A stretch of 61,418 nt of DNA, filler included, from Candidatus Babelota bacterium (GTDB taxonomy: Bacteria; JAGOBX01): assembly GCA_017999075.1 (NCBI GenBank). It is 10 parts of 10 records of this genome, joined end to end, with 100 filler letters (N's around TTAATTAATTAA, not from the genome) between each part and the next. Parts side by side here need not be neighbours in the genome. Positions count along the whole stretch, not along the records: positions 1 to 21,321 come from JAGOBX010000008.1; positions 21,422 to 25,814 come from JAGOBX010000354.1; positions 25,915 to 30,307 come from JAGOBX010000355.1; 7 more parts are not named here. One strand, written 5' to 3'. Position numbers and translations under genes: made by a program. Positions 20,801 through 27,170 of the stretch are shown piece by piece (the stretch's first letter is position 1; the number at the start of each line of letters is the position of its first letter). The notes beneath the pieces are model-generated. The model worked only from the letters and a program-made list of their open reading frames with translations, was not told the DNA's origin and did not search any database.

Positions 20801-21321
20801 TGAATAGTATCATTTTTCTGAACATTTAGACTTGTTCCAGATATTGTTAAATAATTTATTGAAGTATCATACAATGTTACAGCAGGGTCGGTAATTTCAA
20901 TAACAGGCATATCAAAATAACTTATCACTGTAGTATCTTGAGAAGAAAGTAAATTAGGCATTATAGGATTAATAACAACTTTTATTATATCATTATATCC
21001 AGTCAAAACTGCACTTCCTATAAACGTACCGTTATTTGTATTTAATGTATAAACCGACTGCAACATTTCATTTATATATATTGCCACTGTATCTCCGATA
21101 AACGATTTATTAGTAGTTCCTGATATAAAAATAGTTTTTGTTTTTGTGTCACTATTATTTAACGGTGAAACAACTTTCACTATTGATTGATAATAATAAT
21201 TCACTGTTATTGTATCATAATATGTTCTTCCGAACTGATCCGTAACTTTCGCTGTTATGCTGTCTTCCTGCGCTGTTATATGCGCTGTCCCTGTCCACGT
21301 TCCGTTCATGCCTGTTATTAC
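14857..21321 (-). CDS. Giant surface protein with many ~95-aa Ig-like repeats and a C-terminal T9SS type-A/FlgD-Ig-like sorting domain; 5'-truncated at the contig end
   Basis: Repeat unit ITxP...DT...ISGT...GDTVxLxVNG...WSG...DxFGR..YDTITVNY; NHFSIY; C-terminus VYPNPF...IFTVTG...WDGKN..G..VASGVYIY. Frame stays open into the spacer. Confidence 0.88.
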   Translation of the reverse strand, partial: VITGMNGTWTGTAHITAQEDSITAKVTDQFGRTYYDTITVNYYYQSIVKVVSPLNNSDTKTKTIFISGTTNKSFIGDTVAIYINEMLQSVYTLNTNNGTFIGSAVLTGYNDIIKVVINPIMPNLLSSQDTTVISYFDMPVIEITDPAVTLYDTSINYLTISGTSLNVQKNDTIQLFVNNILVNSINMTSLNSNWSGSVSLNGYYDSVVVKLTDQFGRNYYDTVTINYLSSPLIYISYPTSTECDTNNSLITIRGFTGFTRSGDTVELYVEQIGHPYKQGTTNIISDSGSWSFNGINLNSYNDTVFVVITDKFGRTSNCSVVINYIGIPSIRITTPINLYDTFVKNIIISGTTFNAVSNDTVEIFINGILNDTKYSITKFKDNFSIQINLNDTINVITAKLINSFNSIAYDTITVNYYPDLSVKIKYPTTSDSIDYDTYIRIITLSGTSNNSRQGDTIEVFVNGYYQIVPDTYILLNRNGNWECDLVPLLDGNNKLTIKLTDGFGRIAYDTITLQYFDSGNVSIQIAYPVNNSDTYITGIQIRGTTYNTRSGDIIYLTVNGKDTASYILSSDSGSFDTYINLTHIANVKLGPFTYSFDTTVNNVVAYIYSGQGFYDGKFKYSRVTVNYFGNPTLAITSPSKTVIIDTDASIVQISGTTKYNHTGDTVMLYVNNLFVPQIMTNVVNIGMNGIWTGAVSISNYADSVIVKFIDRYGQTSYDTVQVNFYKYPKLAITSPLSNYDTSFKNIIISGTTEFTRIGDTVELFVNGVYQSKFNLTDLNGIWAETVVLSNFGDSIVAKLTDRFGRIIYDTIIVNYYGGVSIAVTNPIEFIQFGGYDTNVKIINISGTLSNAGAGDIIKIYTGNVLNYTEVLTGVSNVFSGTASLTSQQNTVYAVINDRFGLNRFDTYSLTVHYFDNPSVSIIEPVDNYETAVQMINVSGTSYNSNNGDTIEIFIRYYNGDTLSLCSVSNINSMNGTWSGTVSLAGAGDSIVVKFTDKFGVSRYNTSIIKYLGYSIISIKSPCDNVIDTFSNSIMFSGTSFNSVTGDSIFVYRMNNESDTINSDSVFLTKFILSSDTEWSGILNGKLEPGKNILLLQLKPKVANCSYDTIVIYYLPDIDVKIIMPEDNTDTCLTNIIISGTSLNINGNDTIELFVNGIKQNFVNLNSYNENWSLTCNISGLNDKINVALTDKFGRIDYDTITLNYLDLPVVSITSPVQDNYYETNVSTIAISGTTVSVRENDFAVIYLNGILYSDSKDVINNRYSDNWLINNIKINSGFNTIVLQLTDNFNRTAFDTIIIYYYPELDVVINNPVNSGLNYDTYNSSINISGFTKSTGNGDTTYIYVNGNLAGSSVLNSIDGSFTLNAFLSSQSNTISILVKDRFGRYDTDYITINYFDNPYIEIVSPVDLHDTSSEYIMISGTSYDVNTGDKIEFYVNSFKQSEYVLNNINGNWSGTVKLTGLGDSVAVKLVDKFNRIKFDTIMVNYIKLVDVDIFYPNDNICTNVNLIKISGISYNSFAGDTVKLFVNGIYLTSENIQIKNGGFEFNDINLSSGNNYLTAQLISKFNGLTDYDTIIIKYNDSVNIKFLYPITSSVSKYDTNSITLLLKGSSSADNGNTVTIYVNNNYKSSVILNDNQWNSEIQLSYNLLVKTENVLIVKIIDEYTNVSYDTITVYCDLDNPPVVDSGTITKVIDAISEKPIITFKWSKPDMSDELYGDDFKQYNIFRLTENEALPIYLGSTTSANFTDDTAQYEKNYVYYIQMEDNATNKSDMTQSSLIVTKIYSTDNIPQLKVWTQTNSGTTSVFVNLISYEGSIISCFDGNTVTLNSSKLNFVDSSVAITNGVAEFKLNSAIDTMTKVSINFQNKIFETQLFMKKSKLPPFPPITFVSETYLKSYAMIVIPYEIFYMYFMNVDPNLKVKLEKSLSFSSTIKAQIAQANETIRKLTHFVPLSTITNLVETTKGFNFEKSDGTKLTNFDSNYIQLYISYPDDDNDLIVDGTISPLFKGMPVTSLNFYWLNENSNQWEIVTNSVNDPINKLVSVRINHFSIYSVFGANISLNLGLGNVKVYPNPFKPNSGIGHNNVIFDNVQPGTRLRIFTVTGQIISENTTGQNQYRFIWDGKNDHGQSVASGVYIYMLEKGEEKKIGKILVIK

Positions 21322-21421
21322 NNNNNNNNNNNNNNNNNNNNNNNNNNNNNNNNNNNNNNNNNNNNTTAATTAATTAANNNNNNNNNNNNNNNNNNNNNNN
21401 NNNNNNNNNNNNNNNNNNNNN
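21322..21421. other. Artificial contig spacer
   Basis: N44-TTAATTAATTAA-N44. Confidence 0.98.
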
Positions 21422-22120
21422 AATTATACTGTTAATGGAAATGATGCCTATGATACCGTCATAACCTATAATAAAAAAGGAATACGAAAGATTGAATGTA
21501 TAAAGAATGAGGACATATTGTATCATTGTTTATATTACGATAATACCAATAAAATAGTAAGTGAAATAATAAACGGAAATGGAAAATCAATTGAATATTA
21601 CGATAATACCAATAAAATAGTAAGTGAAATAATAAACGGAAATGGAAAATCAATTGAATATTATGATAATGGAAATACTGATTGCATTAGAGAATATCAA
21701 GAAGGCAAACTAAATGGAAAGGAAATAAATTATTTTGAAAATGGTAAGATTGAAAATGAAATTAATTATCTAAATGATTTAAAAAATGGTCAAGCTATTT
21801 TATGTCTTGAAACGGGAGAAAAAATTGAAGAGAAAAATTATCTCTTGGGTCTAATGGAAGGTCAACAAAAGGAATGGTATGAAAACGGTAATTTAAAGGA
21901 AATAACAGATTATACAAAAGATAAGAAAAATGGTAAACGAATCAAATGGCGTAAAAATGGTATTAAAAGTGTCGAAGAAAATTATTTTAACGATAAATTA
22001 CACGGAGAATGTTATTATTGGTGGCAAAATGGAGAAAAAGCAGCTGAAGTTAATTATGAAAATGGTATTGAAAAAGGTAAAAGAAAAGAATGGGAGAGCG
22101 ACGGTAGAAAGATAAAATAA
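21422..22120 (+). CDS. Cassette 1: MORN-variant/YwqK-type repeat protein, 5'-truncated
   Basis: Repeats of Y..G...G....WYENG; frame open from contig start (NYTVNGNDAYDT...). Confidence 0.85.
   Translation, partial: NYTVNGNDAYDTVITYNKKGIRKIECIKNEDILYHCLYYDNTNKIVSEIINGNGKSIEYYDNTNKIVSEIINGNGKSIEYYDNGNTDCIREYQEGKLNGKEINYFENGKIENEINYLNDLKNGQAILCLETGEKIEEKNYLLGLMEGQQKEWYENGNLKEITDYTKDKKNGKRIKWRKNGIKSVEENYFNDKLHGECYYWWQNGEKAAEVNYENGIEKGKRKEWESDGRKIK
21533..21658 (+). repeat. Exact 63-bp tandem duplication (21 aa x2) inside cassette 1
   Basis: TATTACGATAATACC...AAATCAATTGAA at 21533 and 21596, encoding YYDNTNKIVSEIINGNGKSIE twice. Confidence 0.95.
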
Positions 22121-22136
22121 TTAGTAAGGCACTAAC

Positions 22137-22234
22137 GCCTAACTCGGGCTTATACCTCGAGCCTGCGGCTCGGCGCTTTGCGTCATCCGCCGCAGGAAGC
22201 GGCGGCGGACGAGTATAAGCCCAATCCGTTAGGC
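22137..22234 (+). other. attC site 1 (98 bp)
   Basis: GCCTAAC ... GTTAGGC; GGGCTTATAC(C)TCG pairs with CGAGTATAAGCCC; internal GC hairpins. Confidence 0.9.
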
Positions 22235-22276
22235 GTAATGCCCTTAAAAAATATTTTATTATTGGAGTGTCAATGT

Positions 22277-23074
22277 ATGAAGAATTTTATTTTATTTATT
22301 AGTTTTCTAATTATTGTAATTAGCGAAGCTCAATCAAAAGAAATTCGAGAAGAAATTATCTCACGATATGAAAGTGGGCAAAAAAAAGTTTACTGTAAAT
22401 TTGAAGGTTTATTGAAAGAAGAAAAAATAGTTGAGCGAATTGAATTTTCAGAAAATGGTAATATTTTGACGCATTATTTAACGGCAACTGTTGGCGACGA
22501 TAGATTTGATACTGAAATAATATTTCGAAAAAAATCAATAGAAACGATTAAATGCTTGAAAAATAATAAGCTATATAATTGTAAATTTTATAACTCGCAA
22601 AATAAATTGGAAAGTGAAATAATTGAAGGAACTGGAAAATTAATTGAATGGCAAAATAATGGTAAAATTAATTTTTCTGCGGATTATGTTAATGGTTCAT
22701 TAAATGGAAAATATACGATATATCATGAAAATGGATTGAAAAAATATGAAGCTGATAATGTCAATGGCAAAACACACGGAAAATGTATATATTGGTCAAA
22801 AAAAGGGAGCAAAATCAAAGAGGAAAATTATGTTAATGGATTTGAAGAAGGCAAAACAATAGAATGGGATGAAGAAGGCAAACTTATTGAAACAGAAGAT
22901 TTTGTTTTAGGAAAAAGAAATGGAAAAAAAATCAGATATAATGAAAAAGGTTTAAAAATTGAGGAAACAGAATATGTTAATAATCTTAAACATGGAAAAA
23001 GCATAAAAATTGATAGAGAAGGTAATGAAACAATAACATATTTTGAAAATGGAGAAGAAGTAACTAAAAAATGA
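22277..23074 (+). CDS. Cassette 2: secreted MORN-variant/YwqK-type repeat protein
   Basis: True start is probably ATG 22277 (GGAG RBS at 22264, signal peptide MKNFILFISFLIIVISEAQS); the longer ORF call starts inside attC 1. Confidence 0.85.
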   Translation: MKNFILFISFLIIVISEAQSKEIREEIISRYESGQKKVYCKFEGLLKEEKIVERIEFSENGNILTHYLTATVGDDRFDTEIIFRKKSIETIKCLKNNKLYNCKFYNSQNKLESEIIEGTGKLIEWQNNGKINFSADYVNGSLNGKYTIYHENGLKKYEADNVNGKTHGKCIYWSKKGSKIKEENYVNGFEEGKTIEWDEEGKLIETEDFVLGKRNGKKIRYNEKGLKIEETEYVNNLKHGKSIKIDREGNETITYFENGEEVTKK

Positions 23075-23085
23075 CGGGCACTAAC

Positions 23086-23172
23086 GCCTAACTTGTGCTT
23101 TTACCTCACGCCTTCGGCGTGGCCGCTTTGCGGTCAGCGCTGCGCGCCGAGTAAAAGCACGGTTCGTTATCT
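23086..23172 (+). other. attC site 2 (87 bp)
   Basis: GCCTAAC ... GTTATCT; GTGCTTTTAC(C)TC pairs with GAGTAAAAGCAC. Confidence 0.9.
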
Positions 23173-23190
23173 GAAACCGGCTATTAAAAA

Positions 23191-23601
23191 ATGAAGAAAT
23201 TAACAAAAATTATATTTTATATTTTAGCATTAATACTTCTAATTATTTGCTTAGGGTATTTTATTTTACCAAAATTTTTAGTTCCAGACAGAGTAGAGCC
23301 AATCGGCGTTTTAAAAAGTGATATTTCTTGTTTATCATCTGCTTTACAATTATATTTTGTTGACCACGAAAAATATATTGTTGCTAAAGGTAAAATAAAA
23401 AATACTTTAAAAGAATTGGAACCAAAATATATTTCAAAATTACCCAATCTAAATTATTATGGTGAATGGATTAAAAAATATAATTATTCAGAATATTATT
23501 ATGAAGGAGATACTGATAATTTTATAATTTATATTGAAAATCCAATAGAAAAACTAAAATTTATCGGAGAAGAAAATAAGTTTGAAATTATAAAAAAATA
23601 G
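23191..23601 (+). CDS. Cassette 3: membrane-anchored pilin/GspG-like small protein
   Basis: N-terminal TM helix, then LKSDISCLSSALQLYFVDHEKY and LEPKYISKLP, resembling the GspG/pilin helix; no prepilin cleavage motif. Confidence 0.6.
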   Translation: MKKLTKIIFYILALILLIICLGYFILPKFLVPDRVEPIGVLKSDISCLSSALQLYFVDHEKYIVAKGKIKNTLKELEPKYISKLPNLNYYGEWIKKYNYSEYYYEGDTDNFIIYIENPIEKLKFIGEENKFEIIKK

Positions 23602-23609
23602 CCGGCATC

Positions 23610-23702
23610 AGATAACTTGTAGCTATCCCTGACGGACTGCGTCCGTCGCCCTGCGGGTCATCCCGCTTTCAGCGGGACGAGGATAGCTACTATCCGTTAG
23701 CT
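23610..23702 (+). other. attC site 3 (93 bp)
   Basis: AGATAAC ... GTTAGCT; GTAGCTATCC(C)T pairs with AGGATAGCTAC. Confidence 0.9.
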
Positions 23703-23737
23703 GACATGTCCCTTGAGACATAAGCAAAGGAAATATT

Positions 23738-25666
23738 ATGGAAAAACGTCTAAATCAAACGAAAGAAGAATTAATTGAGGAAATAAAGCGATTAGAAATA
23801 TTTAAAAAGATTATTGTGTCAACAACTGAAGCTATTGCAATTAGTGATGAAAACGGAAAATTATTATTTATAAATCCTGCGCACGAAAAATTATTTGGGC
23901 GTTCGTTAGAAGAAGCAAAAAAATGTAATTATCGAGATTATTATCCAGAGAAATCAATAAAAATTCTCAATGAAGAAGTCGTTCCTATTTTAAAAAAAGG
24001 AGGTAGCTGGGAGGGTATTCTTGAAGTTAATGATGTAAAAGGCAGATGTTTTCCTTTATGGGAAAAAGCTGATTCTATACTTGATGATAATCAAAAAATG
24101 TTATATGGATTTGGCATTATGCATGATGTATCACGAGAAAAAGAATTAGAAAATCAATTAAAAAAAAATAAATTTTGGCTAAAGAAAGCTCAAGAAGTTG
24201 CTCGAATCGGACATTGGGTTTGGGAAATGAAAACACAAAAATTACATTGGTCTGATGAAGTATATAGAATTTTTGGAGTTGAGCCGAATTCATTTGCGCC
24301 ATCTGTTGAAGCATTTGAGTCAAAAATTCATCCTGATGATTTAGCTGATTTTTTATTTAAAAGAGAACAAATGCTTAATGAAAAAAAAGATACATTTATT
24401 GAACATCGTATTATTTTACCGACTGGGGAAATTAGATATGTTATTGAACGTTCAGAATTATTATTAGATGAAAAAGGTAATGTTGAAAGCGTTCTCGGAA
24501 CAGTTCAAGATATAACTGATTATAAAACTCTTCAAAATCAATTAATTCAATCAGAAAAACTGTCAGCCGTCGGTCAACTTGCCGCAGGAATAGCGCACGA
24601 ATTCAATAATATTCTTGCGATAAATCATTCCAATATTCAACTATTGGAATTGACAGAGAAAAATAATATTTCGGAAGAATCATTAGAATTATTAGAGAGT
24701 ATAAAGAGCGCTATAAAACGAGGAGCGGCTATTGTATCAAATATGATAGCATTTGCTAAACCGCTTTCACCGAAAAAAGAATTAATTAAAATTGAAGATA
24801 TTATTGAAAATGTTTTAAAAATGCAAAAGCAGCAAATAGCATTAGAAAACATTGAAATAGATAGGAGATATGAACAAACCGAAAAAGTATACATCGATAA
24901 TGGACAGTTTCAACAAGTATTCTTAAATTTGATTATAAATGCAAGACACGCAATATTGCCTAATGGCAAGGGAAAAATTACATTATCAGTAAAAACTAAA
25001 AATAATAAAGTTGAGATAAAAGTTATTGATGACGGAATTGGAATTGATAATGAAAATTTGAAAAATATTTTTATTCCGTTTTATTCGACTAAAGGCGCTC
25101 ACGCTCGAAATAATCACGGAATAAAAGGGACGGGATTAGGATTGGCTGTAACGCATACCATAATAAAAAATCATAATGGAACAATACGAGTTGAAAGCGA
25201 AAAAGACAAAGGGGCAACATTCATAATTGATATACCAACAGCAGAAAATAAAACTGAAACATTAAAAAAAGATACAAAAGAAATTATAAATGAAGTCGAA
25301 CAAAAATTGCTAAATGTTCTGATTATTGACGATGAGCAAGTTCTACTTTCAACGATGACACAATTATTCAGAATAAATAATTGCGAAGTAAAAAGTTCTA
25401 TTTCAGGATTTGAAGGAATTAAACTTGCGAAAGATAATAAATTTGATATTATATTTCTTGATATGTTATTGCCCGATATATCAGGTGAAAATATTTTCAT
25501 AGAAGTTCGCAAGTTTGATACTGATGTTCCCATAGTTTTTATATCAGGGCAAATCGGAATTGAAATTGAAAAAATAAAAAGTTTAGGAGCATACGATTTT
25601 ATACAGAAACCATTCGATATGGTAGCAGTAAAAAAAATACTAAATGAAATTAGGAAAAAAAAATGA
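23738..25666 (+). CDS. Cassette 4: cytoplasmic hybrid histidine kinase (PAS-PAS-HisKA-HATPase-receiver)
   Basis: Two PAS/PAC domains (IGHWVWE..WSDEVYRIFG..IHPDD), AHEFNN, NLIINA, GTGLGL, IIDDE/FLDM/KPF. Confidence 0.93.
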   Translation: MEKRLNQTKEELIEEIKRLEIFKKIIVSTTEAIAISDENGKLLFINPAHEKLFGRSLEEAKKCNYRDYYPEKSIKILNEEVVPILKKGGSWEGILEVNDVKGRCFPLWEKADSILDDNQKMLYGFGIMHDVSREKELENQLKKNKFWLKKAQEVARIGHWVWEMKTQKLHWSDEVYRIFGVEPNSFAPSVEAFESKIHPDDLADFLFKREQMLNEKKDTFIEHRIILPTGEIRYVIERSELLLDEKGNVESVLGTVQDITDYKTLQNQLIQSEKLSAVGQLAAGIAHEFNNILAINHSNIQLLELTEKNNISEESLELLESIKSAIKRGAAIVSNMIAFAKPLSPKKELIKIEDIIENVLKMQKQQIALENIEIDRRYEQTEKVYIDNGQFQQVFLNLIINARHAILPNGKGKITLSVKTKNNKVEIKVIDDGIGIDNENLKNIFIPFYSTKGAHARNNHGIKGTGLGLAVTHTIIKNHNGTIRVESEKDKGATFIIDIPTAENKTETLKKDTKEIINEVEQKLLNVLIIDDEQVLLSTMTQLFRINNCEVKSSISGFEGIKLAKDNKFDIIFLDMLLPDISGENIFIEVRKFDTDVPIVFISGQIGIEIEKIKSLGAYDFIQKPFDMVAVKKILNEIRKKK

Positions 25667-25678
25667 CGGGACACAGTC

Positions 25679-25720
25679 AGCTAACTTGGGCTTATACCTC
25701 GAGCCTGCGGCTCGGCGCTT
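25679..25720 (+). other. attC site 4, left half only
   Basis: AGCTAAC followed by GGGCTTATACCTCGAGCCTGCGGCTCGGCGCTT, identical to attC 1; no matching right arm before the contig end. Confidence 0.8.
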
Positions 25721-25814
25721 CGCTCCGACAGGCAAGTAAAAAAATATTGATAAAACAGCGACGTAATTCATTGATAATATTAGACTTACATCGCTATTTC
25801 TGCCTCATTTGAGT

Positions 25815-25914
25815 NNNNNNNNNNNNNNNNNNNNNNNNNNNNNNNNNNNNNNNNNNNNTTAATTAATTAANNNNNNNNNNNNNNNNNNNNNNNNNNNNNN
25901 NNNNNNNNNNNNNN
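25815..25914. other. Artificial contig spacer
   Basis: N44-TTAATTAATTAA-N44. Confidence 0.98.
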
Positions 25915-25972
25915 AGCTATGCTTGCGCAGGGCAATATGTTAAGTCAAAATGTTTTAGGATTAATTTTATAA
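25915..25972 (+). CDS. Flagellin C-terminal fragment (not in the ORF track)
   Basis: Translates AMLAQGNMLSQNVLGLIL*, matching the conserved flagellin end AMLAQANxxxQxVLxLL. Confidence 0.75.
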
Positions 25973-26091
25973 TATTTTATTGAAAAATTTTGTAAAACAT
26001 TTTATATTTAAATTTCATAAAATGTAAAAATTAAAAAAAACTATAAAATTTTTTTAAAACGATTATAGTTTACCAACAGGAGCATATTGAA

Positions 26092-27147
26092 ATGGCAAAA
26101 ACTAAAAATGAACAGGAATCAAAACCTGCAGTAGAATCAAATAAAGAAAAACTTAAGGTTTTAGACAGCGCAATATCAGGAATAGAAAAAAAATACGGAA
26201 AAGGTTCTATAATGAAACTTGGTGATTCCGAACATGTAAAACTTCCTGTAATACCTACCGGGATATTGACTCTTGATGTAGCTACAGGTATAGGCGGAGT
26301 TCCGCGTGGAAGAATTATAGAAATATACGGGCCTGAATCTTCAGGCAAAACCACTTTGACTTTAAGTATAATTGCAGAAGCTCAAAAAATGGGAGGAATA
26401 GCTGCATTTATTGATGCGGAACACGCATTTGATCCTGCATACGCAGAACTTCTCGGAGTCAACACTTCGGATTTATATATTTCTCAGCCTGATGATGGGG
26501 AACAGGCGCTTGAAATAGCAGAACAGCTTGTAAGATCAGGTGCGCTTGACGTTATAGTAGTTGATTCTGTAGCCGCATTAACTCCGCGCGCTGAAATAGA
26601 AGGAGAAATGGGAGATTCTCATATGGGTCTTCAGGCTCGTTTAATGTCTCAGGCGCTCAGGAAACTTACAGGAGTAATAAGCAAATCAAATACTACTATG
26701 ATATTCATAAATCAGGTGAGAATGAAGATAGGCGTTATGTATGGAAACCCTGAAACTACAACTGGCGGAAATGCATTGAAATTTTATGCTTCAATGAGAA
26801 TGGAAATACGCAAGGCTGAAACTCTTAAAAAAGGCGACGATATGATAGGAATCAAATCGCGTGTCAAAATAGTGAAAAATAAAATGGCTTCACCGTTCAA
26901 AAGCGCAGAATTTGATTTGCTGTATTCAGAGGGAATTTCTAAAATCGGGTGTATTGTAGATTCAGCGATTGATTTAAAAATAATTAATAAAAGCGGAGCA
27001 TGGTTTTCTTATAATGACACAAAACTCGGACAGGGAAAAGATATGGCCAAACAAACTCTTGCAGAGAATCCTGATCTGCTCGAAGAAATAAAAGATAAGA
27101 TTTATAAAAATTTTAATTTAACCGCTGGCGACGATTCTGAAGAATAA
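26092..27147 (+). CDS. recA: Recombinase A
   Basis: [53 protein letters not shown]. Confidence 0.99.
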   Translation: MAKTKNEQESKPAVESNKEKLKVLDSAISGIEKKYGKGSIMKLGDSEHVKLPVIPTGILTLDVATGIGGVPRGRIIEIYGPESSGKTTLTLSIIAEAQKMGGIAAFIDAEHAFDPAYAELLGVNTSDLYISQPDDGEQALEIAEQLVRSGALDVIVVDSVAALTPRAEIEGEMGDSHMGLQARLMSQALRKLTGVISKSNTTMIFINQVRMKIGVMYGNPETTTGGNALKFYASMRMEIRKAETLKKGDDMIGIKSRVKIVKNKMASPFKSAEFDLLYSEGISKIGCIVDSAIDLKIINKSGAWFSYNDTKLGQGKDMAKQTLAENPDLLEEIKDKIYKNFNLTAGDDSEE

Positions 27148-27170
27148 TCTATGACCGGGGTTAACTTGTT

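Larger units (their letters stand above)
21422..25814 (+). mobile_element. Integron gene-cassette array (at least 4 cassettes; no intI on this contig)
   Basis: Four co-oriented ORFs, each followed within 8-16 bp of its stop by a GC-rich element starting RxyTAAC (RYYYAAC-like); three end in GTTRRRY-like cores. Confidence 0.9.

Noticed and set aside
22178-22276. N-terminal extension of the 298-aa ORF
   Set aside because: It runs through attC 1. The RBS and signal peptide support ATG 22277.
22137-25720. GC-rich repeats as a CRISPR array or simple terminators
   Set aside because: They are separated by whole genes, carry complementary core/inverse-core ends and covarying stems, and lack U-tracts; attC fits better.
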